DNA of 62,364 nt, filler included, from Choristocarpus tenellus KU-1152 (Eukaryota; Protista; Phaeophyceae): assembly GCA_964200185.2 (NCBI GenBank). It is 10 parts of 10 records of this genome, joined end to end, with 100 filler letters (N's around TTAATTAATTAA, not from the genome) between each part and the next. Parts side by side here need not be neighbours in the genome. Positions count along the whole stretch, not along the records: positions 36,814 to 43,892 come from CAXNAD020006740.1; positions 43,993 to 47,254 come from CAXNAD020021190.1; positions 47,355 to 50,174 come from CAXNAD020024478.1; positions 50,275 to 55,339 come from CAXNAD020011990.1; 6 more parts are not named here. The stretch is one strand, 5' to 3'. A program made the position numbers and the translations under genes. Shown in pieces: positions 38,945-51,083 of the stretch; the first letter of the stretch is position 1; every line of letters starts with the position of its first letter. Under the pieces are notes generated by a model that was not told the origin of the DNA, ran no database searches, and saw only the letters and a list, made by a program, of their open reading frames with translations.

Positions 38945-40899
38945 AGTACTATGTTACATTTGAATCTGAACAGAGGAAACAATACTTCTCATACTAACCG
39001 CTACTTCTAGGTAGGAATGTAGGAGCATTGATTTGTATTGGAATAAATGTAGCGAAGTCTTGGGTCAACAGGCAATGTGGCCCTTGCGCTGCACCGTGCG
39101 GGCAGGAGACTCATCATAGTCTAGAAGGTATTAGTAGTGCTTCTGATTGTTCTTGCAGATGGAAAAACAATTCTCATATACATGGACTAGGCCCTCGATA
39201 TTGTGGAAGGAATGGTGCATTGGAAAGATCATGATACTCGAGTTCCACAGTTGTGCATTTCGTCTGGAGGGGAATCTTTGTGGTTGCACAGTGGCACCTA
39301 GATGTTGAGAGGTCGGTTTGGGGATTCACCTCTAACGAATTGGAGATAATCTCGACTTGATGACGTTCTATGAAGCTACGGATTTCCATATGGTAGCTGG
39401 GAACTGTGTGCGGGGTGCTCAATGGTCTCATATTCACATAGTTCTAAAGAGTCCATGATCTCACACAAGGATATCACGATTAATCAATAGTGGTTCGGAG
39501 GACGTTGCAACAGGTTGGATCAAAGAGAAGCGCAAACTAGGAAAGAACATGGGCAAGGGGATAATGCGCTGAATGGGAAGACGACAAAGGCTGTGTTGCT
39601 ACACTTTAAGTGGAGTTGCCAAATTCGCTTGGATGAAGTTTGGATATGAAGGTTATGGCTCAAACTACCTGGGGGGAGTGGTGGCTGTCCATTTGGAGCT
39701 AAAATTTTCAGGTCGCGATTTTTGGGTGATTTGGTTCCATACGTTGGATGGATAATGAAAGTGCATTTTTCCTGGTATTGGTCCAAATAGACACTTTGGT
39801 GAAGACCCCCCCTCCCCCCCCAGATACTTTGGGTTTTGTCGAGGATGATGAAGAGTACGAGTTGAGGAAGGAGAACATCGTTTCTCCCCCTGGAACTGAA
39901 GATATATTCCGCAGCAAGTGTTACAGTCTACGAAAGTGTAGAAAGAATGAGCTGGAGGAGGACGTGGACGAAGAGGTAGATGGATAGGTGGCAGTAGGGC
40001 ATGTAGACGATTATAGAAATAATGAGCCTGCATTAGCACCAACACTTCAATTCTTCAATTATTTGTTGGCCCCAAAATCAAAGATAAGTCCTGGAAGACT
40101 AGTCCCATATAGTAACATACAGAGATATATATTATTTAGTGTCTTTTCACAAGCAAAATGCACAAAAATACCTATGTTCTCTTTGCTTTTCGTGCCTTGT
40201 ACACCACCAAACACCTCAAAACACTTCACTCTACACTGGCAGGACATTGTGTAATTTTGAAGTCTTGCATCACTCCCAACACAACCACATATGACCATAC
40301 AAACCGTATAACATACGCTCTCTGCCAATAGATGCTTTTCCCTGTAAAAATCTACAAAAAAACTTGTATTTCCTAGAGATACCCGATTTTAGCCTCATTC
40401 CAACAACCTCTAACTATTACCTATGTGCCATAAGCTTGTGCCGCGAAACATCTGGGCTGGCCGAGCGAGAACGGCGACGAATCGGACGATAAACCCACGG
40501 AATAAATCGGGTTGACAATCTCGGCTTTCAGAAAAGGTGGGGGTCGAGGATCATTAGGTACAAAACTCTAGGTGCTTCAACCCGTCAAAGCAGGGGTCTC
40601 TTGGGGTGATTTTGAGGCCAGAACTGGGCACGTAGAGGGTCAGAACGTCGGCATGGCAACCCCCCCGTCGACCCCCCTGCGTAGGAAGGGTGCCCAAGTG
40701 TCCCTGAATACCAGGGTTGCGCTTGCAGTGCGTCACGCCCTCGCAACGATCCCTGGTGAGCATAAAAGCCCCAACACGTTGGGCTGGCCCTCACAGCAGA
40801 GTTCGGAGTGTCTGAGCGTTACATGCGAGGGCTCTGGGAGGAGGTCGCCGATCAGCTCGCCCGTGGCCATATGCTTGACCTAGGGATGGCGGCACGTAG

Positions 40900-41880
40900 T
40901 GGGCGGCCTTCGGAGCTCACACCGACCAAGATGGCCGCAATACATAGTATCAACTCTGATATCGGTCATCCACAGTCCTTCAGGTGACAATGAAGATGAC
41001 CGCCAAGGGGCTGAACTATAGTACGAGCACCATAAAGAGGTGGTTGGATGATATGGGGGCCATGCCGAATCGCCGCTGGATCAAACCCAAGCTTAAATCG
41101 CGGCAAAAGGTATGGAAAATGGACTTTGTTTGCGATCAAGTGGACCGGATATGCGGTGTGTACGCCTCCATGGCGAACACAATCCATGCGGATGAAACCT
41201 GGTTTTACGTCATGGCTGATGGGGAAAGGGTTAGGGTATTCCCGCATGAGGATGATAGCTACCTTCCAGGGTCCCCTACTGTGCAGCACAAGAGTCACAT
41301 CCCCAAGACTATGATCATTGCAGTCAACGCCCGCCCAGATTCGGCTGACAGCTTTGATGGAAAGCTTGGTGTTTGCCGTGTGTGTGCACCAAAAACGGCA
41401 GACAAGACAAGCAAGAACCATAAAATGGAGGATGTGTATGAGCAAGACTGTACTTTAGACCATTTATGATACAGGAAGTGGTAAGCGGAGGAGTTACTGC
41501 CTGCAATCAAGATCAAGATGCCTTGATTGCAGGGGGAGCACATGGTGGTTCAGCAAGATGGTGCCACCTCCCACATGGGTATGGGCAACTCAGAAATCTT
41601 GTCAGGGGCAGGGAAGACTGAGGGGTGGTCGATGAGGCTTGTGACACAGCCATCTAAGTCCCCCGACCTCAATATCATGGACCTGTGCTTCTTCAGGTCT
41701 TTGAAATGCCGGGTGATGGGGGAGCGGTCTGGGTCCATCGAGGAGATGGTGAAGGTCTGTAAGAAACGGTATGAGGAGTACGACGAAACCACATTTGAGA
41801 AGGCTTGTTAGCTCCTTTTTGTAGTGTACAATCAAATACTTAGATACGAAGGGGGGAATGACTTCAGTGTGGTTCCTCCA
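40900..41880 (+). pseudogene. Tc1/mariner transposase of the plant-mariner (DD39D-related) type, here DD40D; inactivated
   Basis: IKPKL, IHADETWFY, HKSHIPKTM..ARP..FDGKLG, QQDGATSH, QPSKSPDLNIMDL, GGNDF; in-frame stops near 41467, 41482 and 41524. Confidence 0.92.
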
Positions 41881-41957
41881 AAGAGCCATGACCCCATAGT
41901 ATCAATTTAAATGCAAGTCCTGATACCAAACACATGTTTCCCCACCTTCATGCGCAG

Positions 41958-42333
41958 GGTCTGTACCTTAGCCTCAAGTCCCACTGCGGGCAAGCGTGTA
42001 CTCGCCCACTAAGTGACCTCACCCCCCTCACATTGTACCTGCCCATTGGTAGACCTGAAAAGGAAAGCGTAGAAGGAATTAAATATGCTGCTCTTCAGGT
42101 GACGCAAGCTGTGGTACACATACGGACCAGAACCTAAACGACCGACAGAGATTCATGGATCTTTGTCAAGGAGTTGAGAACGAGAAATGCAATGCCGTCA
42201 AGTCCCCCTCTAATTCAACTTCAGTGTGCCAATCAGCATCCTCCGTGAGTGCTGGTAATTGCACACCTTCATGGGTGGTGAAACCTGCCTCAATGACAAA
42301 CAGAGGCTTTGGGATATATTTGTGCTCATCAAT
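41958..42333 (+). CDS. Tubulin-tyrosine-ligase-like (TTL/TTLL) family internal exons 41958-42098 and 42149-42333
   Basis: GLYLSLK..PLTLYL and WVVKPASMTNRGFGIYL are TTL-domain motifs; 50-bp phase-0 intron. Confidence 0.78.
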
Positions 42334-44869
42334 GTAGGTGAGAATTGTTCGCAAGCACAGGTCAGAATGAAGGATACGGATGGTAGTGGTCAGTCTCGGT
42401 AGACCACATGTATTATTGCATGCCCTATTAAATTTGTCGTTCTGGACATCAAATGCGATACCAGAAGAATGCATATTTCTCATTGGAAAGTAACGGGATA
42501 CTGCCTTCCTTCCTTCTTGTGTGTGTGCAGAACTCTAGTGCTGAGTCAAAGAATTAAAGAAGGTAGGAATTTTGCCCTGTTTGTCCGTTCAGAGCTTGGC
42601 TTCCCACAGGTTTGTAATGCCCTTTTTTGGTTTTCTGTATGAACACCATTTTACCCTAAAATATGTACGACTATGAAAGGTATGTGTCCGGAGCAAGGAT
42701 ATTGACACTTGCTAACAAACACGATTGCCAAAATTAATCAACATCAGCACACGGCGTTGGTAAGGAAGAGGCAGTTTTCTGGTAAGCTTGAAACACGCCA
42801 AAGGTAGACATGGATGCTTTTTCTGTGACTGGTAAAATTGTGATGGATGGGGAGTAATAATTATAAAACGAGCTGACCCTAACCGGAGATTCGGCAAGGA
42901 TTCCAAGTCTTCTTTCAGAGATGAATTTCATCAACGTCTTCAAAAGTTTACGGATCTCGCGGCACAGACTTATTGCATGGAGGTAGTAGAAATGTGCGTG
43001 TAATATTTTCTACCTATCGAAATCCAATTTTCTGCTCATACCCCCACATACCCCTTCGCCCCAACTTTCATCACATAGTCCAGTACATATTTTATTCATA
43101 CATTTGTTATACCCTCTAACATTTTGGGAATGTTTTAGGGGAAAAACTAATGAAAACTATTAGATTCATAGTAAATAGATACAATGTTTTTCACATTTAT
43201 ATGACAACTGATTAGTTTTTTGGAGATTATACTGACATGTGAATAGTATTCATTCGTTTTCCCCCTAACATATACATGTTTTATCCGATTTGAGGAACAA
43301 TTGGAGAAGCTATACCCCTATCCCTATCTATTCGTTCCTTACATGAAAACTAATAGTGAAATGTGAGAAAGCGTGATATGTTGAAGGTGTAAAGTGGTAC
43401 CAGTAGCTTCGCCCTCTTTGGCAATCGTGTTTTTTTTCACAAGAACGCCACAACAGTTATATAACAACGTATATATCAAATGAAAGGGTATGACAAGAGG
43501 GTTTAAAGGTTTGCAACCACGAATGTCCAGGATTCAGGGAACAGGAGCTATATCCCGATCAAAAAATGCCCAAAACGCGGGAGAATAGCTCCAGCGCAAT
43601 TTTGAAGGTCGCGACTTCAAAACGGACAAAAATGAAGTGGTTGACCAAACTCCTTGCAAAAAACTGGTCCGGGGGTTGTGGAAAGTTTGGCTGGTGTGGT
43701 GATACTGAGAAAAATTCAAGATTTCCGGACATCTCTTTAATGTCTTTTGCAGACTTTTTGTGAGCACACACGCGTGACTTACACACCAACATAAACCCCG
43801 GCAGTAAGACCATGAGAGCTGCCGAGGCAACTCTGCCCCCTGGATCTACCCTTGGCACCTTCTCTGTCGAGAGGCGACGGAAAAGCAAGTACNNNNNNNN
43901 NNNNNNNNNNNNNNNNNNNNNNNNNNNNNNNNNNNNTTAATTAATTAANNNNNNNNNNNNNNNNNNNNNNNNNNNNNNNNNNNNNNNNNNNNGTACTTTT
44001 TAAGACCGTTTTCGCAAAACAACCATCCTCATAGTCCCGCTCCATCCTCAATTTTGCGAATCCACTGTTTTTGGCTCAATATATGGCATCCATTTGTGCA
44101 TCAGGTACACTTAACACACAGTGAGGTCTAAGTGGGGTCAAAGACAAACAGAGAAAAAAGAATAATCAACATATGATATGTATGTGATGGTTTTGATGAG
44201 AAGATCAAAAGAAAAACAAAAACACAAACTTGAATCAATATATAAAACAACTCATACATACTATGCTTTCATGCTTGACAGATGTCAACTATTCCATACT
44301 TCTTATAGTAGATGATGCTATCTATCTATGATGAGGTGCTATAGATGTAAATGGATCTAACGACCAGTACCGATGTGCGAATCAACAGTCAGTAGAAACT
44401 GTAATACTGTATGGTACCAAGTACACAAAATATGAATAGTCTATGTTTTAACTGCAACATAACCAGAGGAAAACAATAATCAGCATATGTCCAACTAATG
44501 GTTCTGATGTAAAGATAAAAAAGAAAGAAAAATCTGAAATCTATATCTAAAACAAGTCATATGTTATATACTATGTATGTTGGACAATGTTCACTCTTCC
44601 ATACTTCCTATGGACCACAATGTTCTAAAAGTAGTTGATGATGCTAAGATGAGGTGCAAATGTTGATGTGAGTAACGATCAGTACCGATGTGCGAATGAA
44701 CGGTCAGGATGAAGTGATAATTTTGTATAGACGAACTGGACTCTGCCTATTCCTTACATGAACCCAAACATTCATGTGCGCATTGTCACCAGTCTTGCTC
44801 TCATCACCTTTCGTACAAACACCTCTTGCTACGGATGGCATCGTCCGGTTTCGACTTTTGGCATGCTGG

Positions 44870-46640
44870 TGTCATGTGTTTCAAGGTAGAGAGACCAGGG
44901 AGACGGGCAAGAAGGGGCCTGTCCGATTCTTGAGATGCTTGGGTAGCTCCCTGCCCACCTTTGTACCGGTAAGCTTCGTTAGAGGCATAGCAACATTAGA
45001 TACATACATTGAAACTACCTCCAACAAATCATTGTAGTGTCGGTAGAATTCAATAGTAAATAGTTTTGGCGAGGTAACTTTTACATCAACTGCTTTTAAT
45101 TTTATGGGGATACTTGTGATTTTGGTCTGGCTTCTTCCCAGACGCATCTGAAAAAGTGTTCAATGGAAATTAACTCAACTTCATTATCATATATTTACTG
45201 CTGTAAGTTACATAAAAACATGCAGTTTGAGGTTTTTTTCAAAAACTTCGTTCAACTACGCACTCGACAGTAGGGGGAGAGGGACGAGAGGCTGCGACTG
45301 GAAAGGAGCCGTCAAATCCCGTTTATGACAGATAGTGTCCATCAAAAGACAAGTGACTGTATCAAGAAGTGTCATACATTTTTAGCTGGAGACACCAGGG
45401 AGATGGGCAAGGAGGGGCCTGTCAGATTGTTGGGATGTTTCCCGGTCTCCTCGCCCTGTGGTGTAGGGCTAAGCTAGGTTGGAGGCATAGCAGGGGAGTG
45501 GTGTAGCATAGCTGGTAGTCGAATAGTAAATAGATTTTAGAGATATATCTTTCACATTTACGAGAACTGTTACTTTTTCAGAGGCTCTTATGATATTGAA
45601 TTTGCTTTCCCCTGACACATCTACAGAAGTTTAGAGGGCATAATAATCTAAAATGTTAGGAAGGATAGATGGAATTGGGTTTTCCACGACATATTTGCAA
45701 AATGTCAGGAGAGTATCATAATATATATATATATATATAGATGTGACTTCCTCTGACATCTCTTACAACCACGTTTCTGAGGGTGGATCTCCCGTTTATG
45801 AAGGGGGTTTCTTTTTTTCTGAACGCCATCCTATCTATGATCCTCCCCAATTCCACTGCACTCTTTCCACCTGTCCAACCTTAACCTCGTCCTCTTCAGT
45901 TACAGTTTGTCTTGGTCCTTCTGGTAAATCTTGCCCATTGGTTCTCTTCACCACCCTTGCCGAAATGAACCACGCCACGTCAGAATAATATAATTCACAG
46001 TGGGGACATTGGTGAGGTTAGAAGTAGGGTAAGGGGTACAACTTCAACCTCATCTTGAGATAGGTACCTTTGCAATGACGGACACTATCTGTCATAAGCC
46101 GGACTTGGCAGCCCCTTTCAGACTGTACATACTACTAGGTCTTTTGATTCTTCGTAGTTTTAGTCTTAATGCCCTCGAGGTGGAAATTTTTGGGCGCCAT
46201 GGGAAGCAAGCAGAAAGTTTTTCAGATGAGTTGGCCACACACACAGTGGGGGGGAGAGGGGGGGGATGTTGTAGCAGGAAAGGGACTGTCAAGACCCGCT
46301 TACGACAGAAGGCGTCCGTCACTGCACAGGTGTTTCTCTCAAGATATGTTTCGTTTTTAAGGTAGAGACAACAGGTAGATCGGCAAGAAGGGGGCTATCA
46401 GATTCTTGGGATGCCTCCCTACCTCCTTGCCCACCTTTGTAGGGCTAAGGTATGTTAGAGCCATAGCAGCAGCGTGTGCATTGTGTTGTAATTATCAACC
46501 AACCTTTAAGCTACCATTATGTTGTTGTATACCTAGTATTCATATAGTACATATTTTTTGGATCATTAGTGATACATTAACCACATCTGTTACATCTAAA
46601 GACATTTTGCAGATGTATGTGTCACGGAAAAATAAAAATA
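44870..46640 (+). mobile_element. Three head-to-tail 5'-truncated RLE non-LTR 3' ends (about 44870-45180, 45270-45700, 46075-46640)
   Basis: Repeated GAGAC.CCAGGGAGATGGGCAAG.AGGGGCCT..GATT.TTGGGATG and ORF tail EIFGRHGKQAESFSDELATHTVGGRG..RLRQ. Confidence 0.75.
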
Positions 46641-49600
46641 GTTAGGACTAGTGTTAATGATGACATTTGTCAATTCTATTACTCCTCTCTAAAAAGGGAA
46701 AGTTTATGAAATAATCTGAGTTTTGTGGGCGGAAGAATTCTGGTTGGTTGGGGGCACAGGGCAAGGAAGAGGACAGTAAAGAAATAAAAGTATTAAGGAG
46801 GGAACGAAGAGTTAAGATTGAGTGGTTAAGAAAATCGGTGGCAGACGGAGGCACAAGGGGAGAAGGAATGAACAGTATTAAATCGAATGAGGAAACCTGA
46901 GGCTGAGGGACAAGACGAGGAGGGTTAGATCAAGAGGACCCCCGAGCAAGCTTTTCCGCCCACCTGCCCTGTCGCTTGCTCACGACCGACTTGGATCTCA
47001 GGGTGGGAGGGGAGGTCAAGTTCGGGTGGGGTAGATACCTTCTAGCTCAAAGGCACGGTGTGAAGGGGATGATGAAGGGGGGTTCTTGGATGATTGTGGA
47101 GTGGTGTTGAATGGTGTGGTGGAGTGGTAACTGGTGTGGGGTTGACTGGGGTTGAAAGGGGTGGTAGAGACCGGAAATCAGTGGCGAAAGGGGTCACACT
47201 GGTTGGTCATCGGATAGGGGGGGTGACTGGAAATCAGTGGCGAAGGGGTCGCCCNNNNNNNNNNNNNNNNNNNNNNNNNNNNNNNNNNNNNNNNNNNNTT
47301 AATTAATTAANNNNNNNNNNNNNNNNNNNNNNNNNNNNNNNNNNNNNNNNNNNNCCCAAAATCGCGACATGAAAAAATTGGCCCCAAATGGCCCCCCCCC
47401 CCCAGATACTTTGAACTCGAACTAACTGTTCGTGCTATATGACTCATTGTACCCCCCCATATGTGCTTTGTTTTCTTTTTCCACAATGGGTTTAGCCTTC
47501 CCACCGCTTGATAATCTGCTCCTTGCTTGCATGTTGTTGTGCAGTACTCCTGTGGGTACAATGAAGCCTTGCCACCATGATTCAGGTTTCTGGCATTCTT
47601 TTTGCGGTTCAGTGACAGAGAGGAGGGTATAGGTGTACCATTCCTTTGTGCTTGCCACATGCTCTCATTGAAACTTGATTTCCTTGGGAAGGACACTGAC
47701 ACCAGCCAAGTTTGGACGTATGGATTCCTTTAATATATAGTGGTAAATCATCACTGAGCTAGGAGCACAATACATAACCCTATCTCAGACTTCTTGTTCC
47801 ATACATTCTGTAGATCTTTGCAACCTACTGTATATGCAAGGCTTTTTTTGTCTTATCCAAACAACAGTATGCTTCCAGTTACTTCATGCTTCACCCCTAG
47901 GTTGTCTGTGCTACCTTCACGGTACTCACATGCCCTGGCCTCTCAGATACAAGAGACAAGAGAGTACTCACCATGAACCCATAGAGCACGCCAAAGAAGA
48001 ATTCCAAGATCATTGACTGGCACAGCCACTAGCACAGAATCTCCATAACTGTGCTAATATTTTCATAAAAGGAAACTCACCTAGTTGCTCGCATTCCTGC
48101 CTTGATACCACACTCAAACGATTCCTCAATACGCAGGGCAGATATCTGTTCTTCCTGTCGGTCAAAGGCTGTTACTACTCCTGATGTCAAGTTGTGCTTT
48201 TCAGGAAGTGTCTCTTGCCGACCTCTTTGTTTTGAAAAGACCAACCCCGCCCCAGCCTCAGGCCGACGCCTTGTTAGGTTGTGGCATGGGTTTAATTGCA
48301 GGCGGTCCCCCTCTTGGACCCTGTCACTGCAAAGATGAGGTCCGGGCAAGTCCCTTGGACGGGTTTGGAAAGTTAGGTGTTGTAGTTCTATCACCTCTAT
48401 AAGCAAGGGGGGAGTTGAATGCTCCTCAATATTGCTTCACATTTGAACAAGACATACCAAGTTCTTTCCATGACAACGAATTTTGTGCAAGGACTTTGAA
48501 GTAGTATACAAGGCTGGATGGGTCCTTTTTTTGGCCCAAGTCTACGTTTCTACTAAGATAGATTCTCCTTTACCCAGATCAGGGGAAAGAGGGAAAGGCA
48601 GGAGTGAGGGCAATCACTGCACTATACATTCCAAAGCTATTTCCGTACCTGGAAATGGTTGTGAATAAAGCAGCTTAAAATGGAAGTGTCATGTCAAGGT
48701 TGCCTATGGTTACAAACTAACATAACATGTGCACGCACCTACATTAACTCACCTACTTTCTTTGGGCCAGCGGGTCACATAGTTGATAGCCATATCCCGT
48801 GTCAGGGATAGACGACCATGGTCAAGGTCTGGCTCTAGTAGGAGGATATTGCCATGCATATTATTATTAGCTGGGTCACAGCAGAGGTCTGTCCCATCTA
48901 TGCTTGCTTGTTTAGTTCCACCATCCCTCCCAGTCTGGAAGGATTTGGGATTGTCAAGATGATGGCCATCAATGATTGGGTGTCTTAATGTGTTGATGTG
49001 TGCATGCCAGTTTGACATGCTACGGACAACCTACTATTGTAATCAATGCAACCCATAGAAAGGGGATCTCCCTCAGCATTTCCTATGTTCCACAGAGGCA
49101 GCATCTAATCCTACTACAGCAATAGAACTCAATCTAGAGGGTGGATGAAGGACAACACTTCTGAGTGAAACGTCAGAGAGTCAATTCCAAGGTTGATCAG
49201 GCGAGAATGGGAGGCTATCGATACTACACTGACCATGTTTTCTACCACCCCATGACTATGCCAAAGTATGCCTTAGCAAGAGTGAACTTGTAATATCCAA
49301 TAAAAATACCTGTGTCTCAAAAGAGATAAAACGGTGTCCAACATCCTGACGTCCACCTATTCTATCCTTCACAGCCAGAGGGTCAATATCCAGAGCTTCC
49401 CCGTCTTCCCGCGTATCTATTGAACAATATGTTTGGGGGGTTGGTGTTTATGAGAAATATCGCCACATCGCTTTTGGGTGTGTGTGGTTGAGTGGGACAG
49501 AGACGAGGAGGAGAGGGGGGACCAGTGATACTTGCATTGGAATTGTAGCCCACGAATAGCTCTCTGTATAGCTGGAGGATGGATTTCTTTGCTTGAACCC

Positions 49601-50470
49601 TCTAAAAGTTGAGATGAGATTCCGAAAGGGTGTTCAAGTAGGACAGTGGTGTAGTTCTAAATCTATTCTTTAAGTTATAGAAAAGGCAATTTCAACAACT
49701 CCACATCCACATCTTTGATGAACCTGTTGCTAACAACTCCAATATCTGAACTTTCTTGGAGATAGGCATGAGTAGCTATGCCCACCTGCTGAGTTCTGCC
49801 TGATTGTACTTGTCCATCTTGGGATATGAGATAGTACTCCCCCCTTAACCCTCCTCCTCCGACTGCAGAAATCCTCCTTCACCTCAAGATGTAGCCTTGC
49901 CCCGGGCTTTTCATGGGGTACAAGGGAATATCAAAAACTAAGTGTTACGCTGTGAGTTGAATGAATAGCCATATTTTGTTGACTGAGGGAGAGGCAATAT
50001 TGAGGACAACCAGCAAGTGTGGAAATATGCTCCACAAGACAGAATATGGTGGTTGTTGACAACTCTCCTCAATTACTTTGGCAACTTAATGCATCTATAT
50101 TTTACTTGTGAGTCCCACAGTAAGGCCCAAAGTATTTGGGAGGGGGGGGGAGTCTACACCAGGGTGTCCATTTGNNNNNNNNNNNNNNNNNNNNNNNNNN
50201 NNNNNNNNNNNNNNNNNNTTAATTAATTAANNNNNNNNNNNNNNNNNNNNNNNNNNNNNNNNNNNNNNNNNNNNCAAATGGACGCGACTCTACCCTCTAA
50301 GATACTTTGGCTCTGTTTGCAACTCGCGACAGTCTACACCCTCCCGCCCCTTGCTAACCCATATACTCCACCAAGGCAATAGATTTCGTCGACCCATTAT
50401 GTTACATCCGTGCCTTCCCTTCATGCTGACACCATGAATCACATGATGATCGCACATACATACTTCTTAA

Positions 50471-50728
50471 GAGTCAAAGTATCTTAGAGGGTAGAGCCGC
50501 GTCCATTTGGGGGCCAAAATCCAGTGTTGCAATTTCAATGTAATTTTGACTATCGTGTTTGTTAGGAAGTGTCAAAACCTTTGTTCCAAACACACCTTTT
50601 CATAACGTATACATTTTACCTACTCCGAAATATTTTGGAGTAGGAAAATGTCATAATAAGCCCGAGGGAAGCCAAGCCCCAAATGGACAAACAGAACAAA
50701 ACTCGTACCCTCTAAGATAGTTTCACTC
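50471..50728. mobile_element. Sola2-like MITE
   Basis: Family TIRs; TSD TTAA. Confidence 0.88.
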
Positions 50729-51083
50729 TTAATCGACCGTTCAAAGTCCGTGCACACTTGGAACCATCGCCCTCTATTTTTCAAAGGTCTACCAATCGGC
50801 AAATTAACACTAAAGTACAACTTTGGGGTTTCATCACACACTGCCATCCGTAATTACCAAACACTTGTTACAGGAATAGGTAGCACAACTATTTACAAAC
50901 GAACGCCATCACATTGAATCGGTCGCAGCAAACTGCCTCAGTGCCAACACTGACTCCAATACGTACCACCCCTCCCCTTATACGCACAATCACCACAACC
51001 CTTAGCATTGGACAGACAGGGACGGCAGACAGCACAGTAACATGTCTACCAAACTTCTATACATCAACACGTTCCTCACACAG

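Noticed and set aside
46930-47060. SKRQGRWAEKL on the minus strand resembling the end of Gypsy RNase H
   Set aside because: A single short motif with no supporting upstream motifs.
47420-50120. Possible decayed LINE or other coding remnant
   Set aside because: No RT or endonuclease motif could be read convincingly in any frame.
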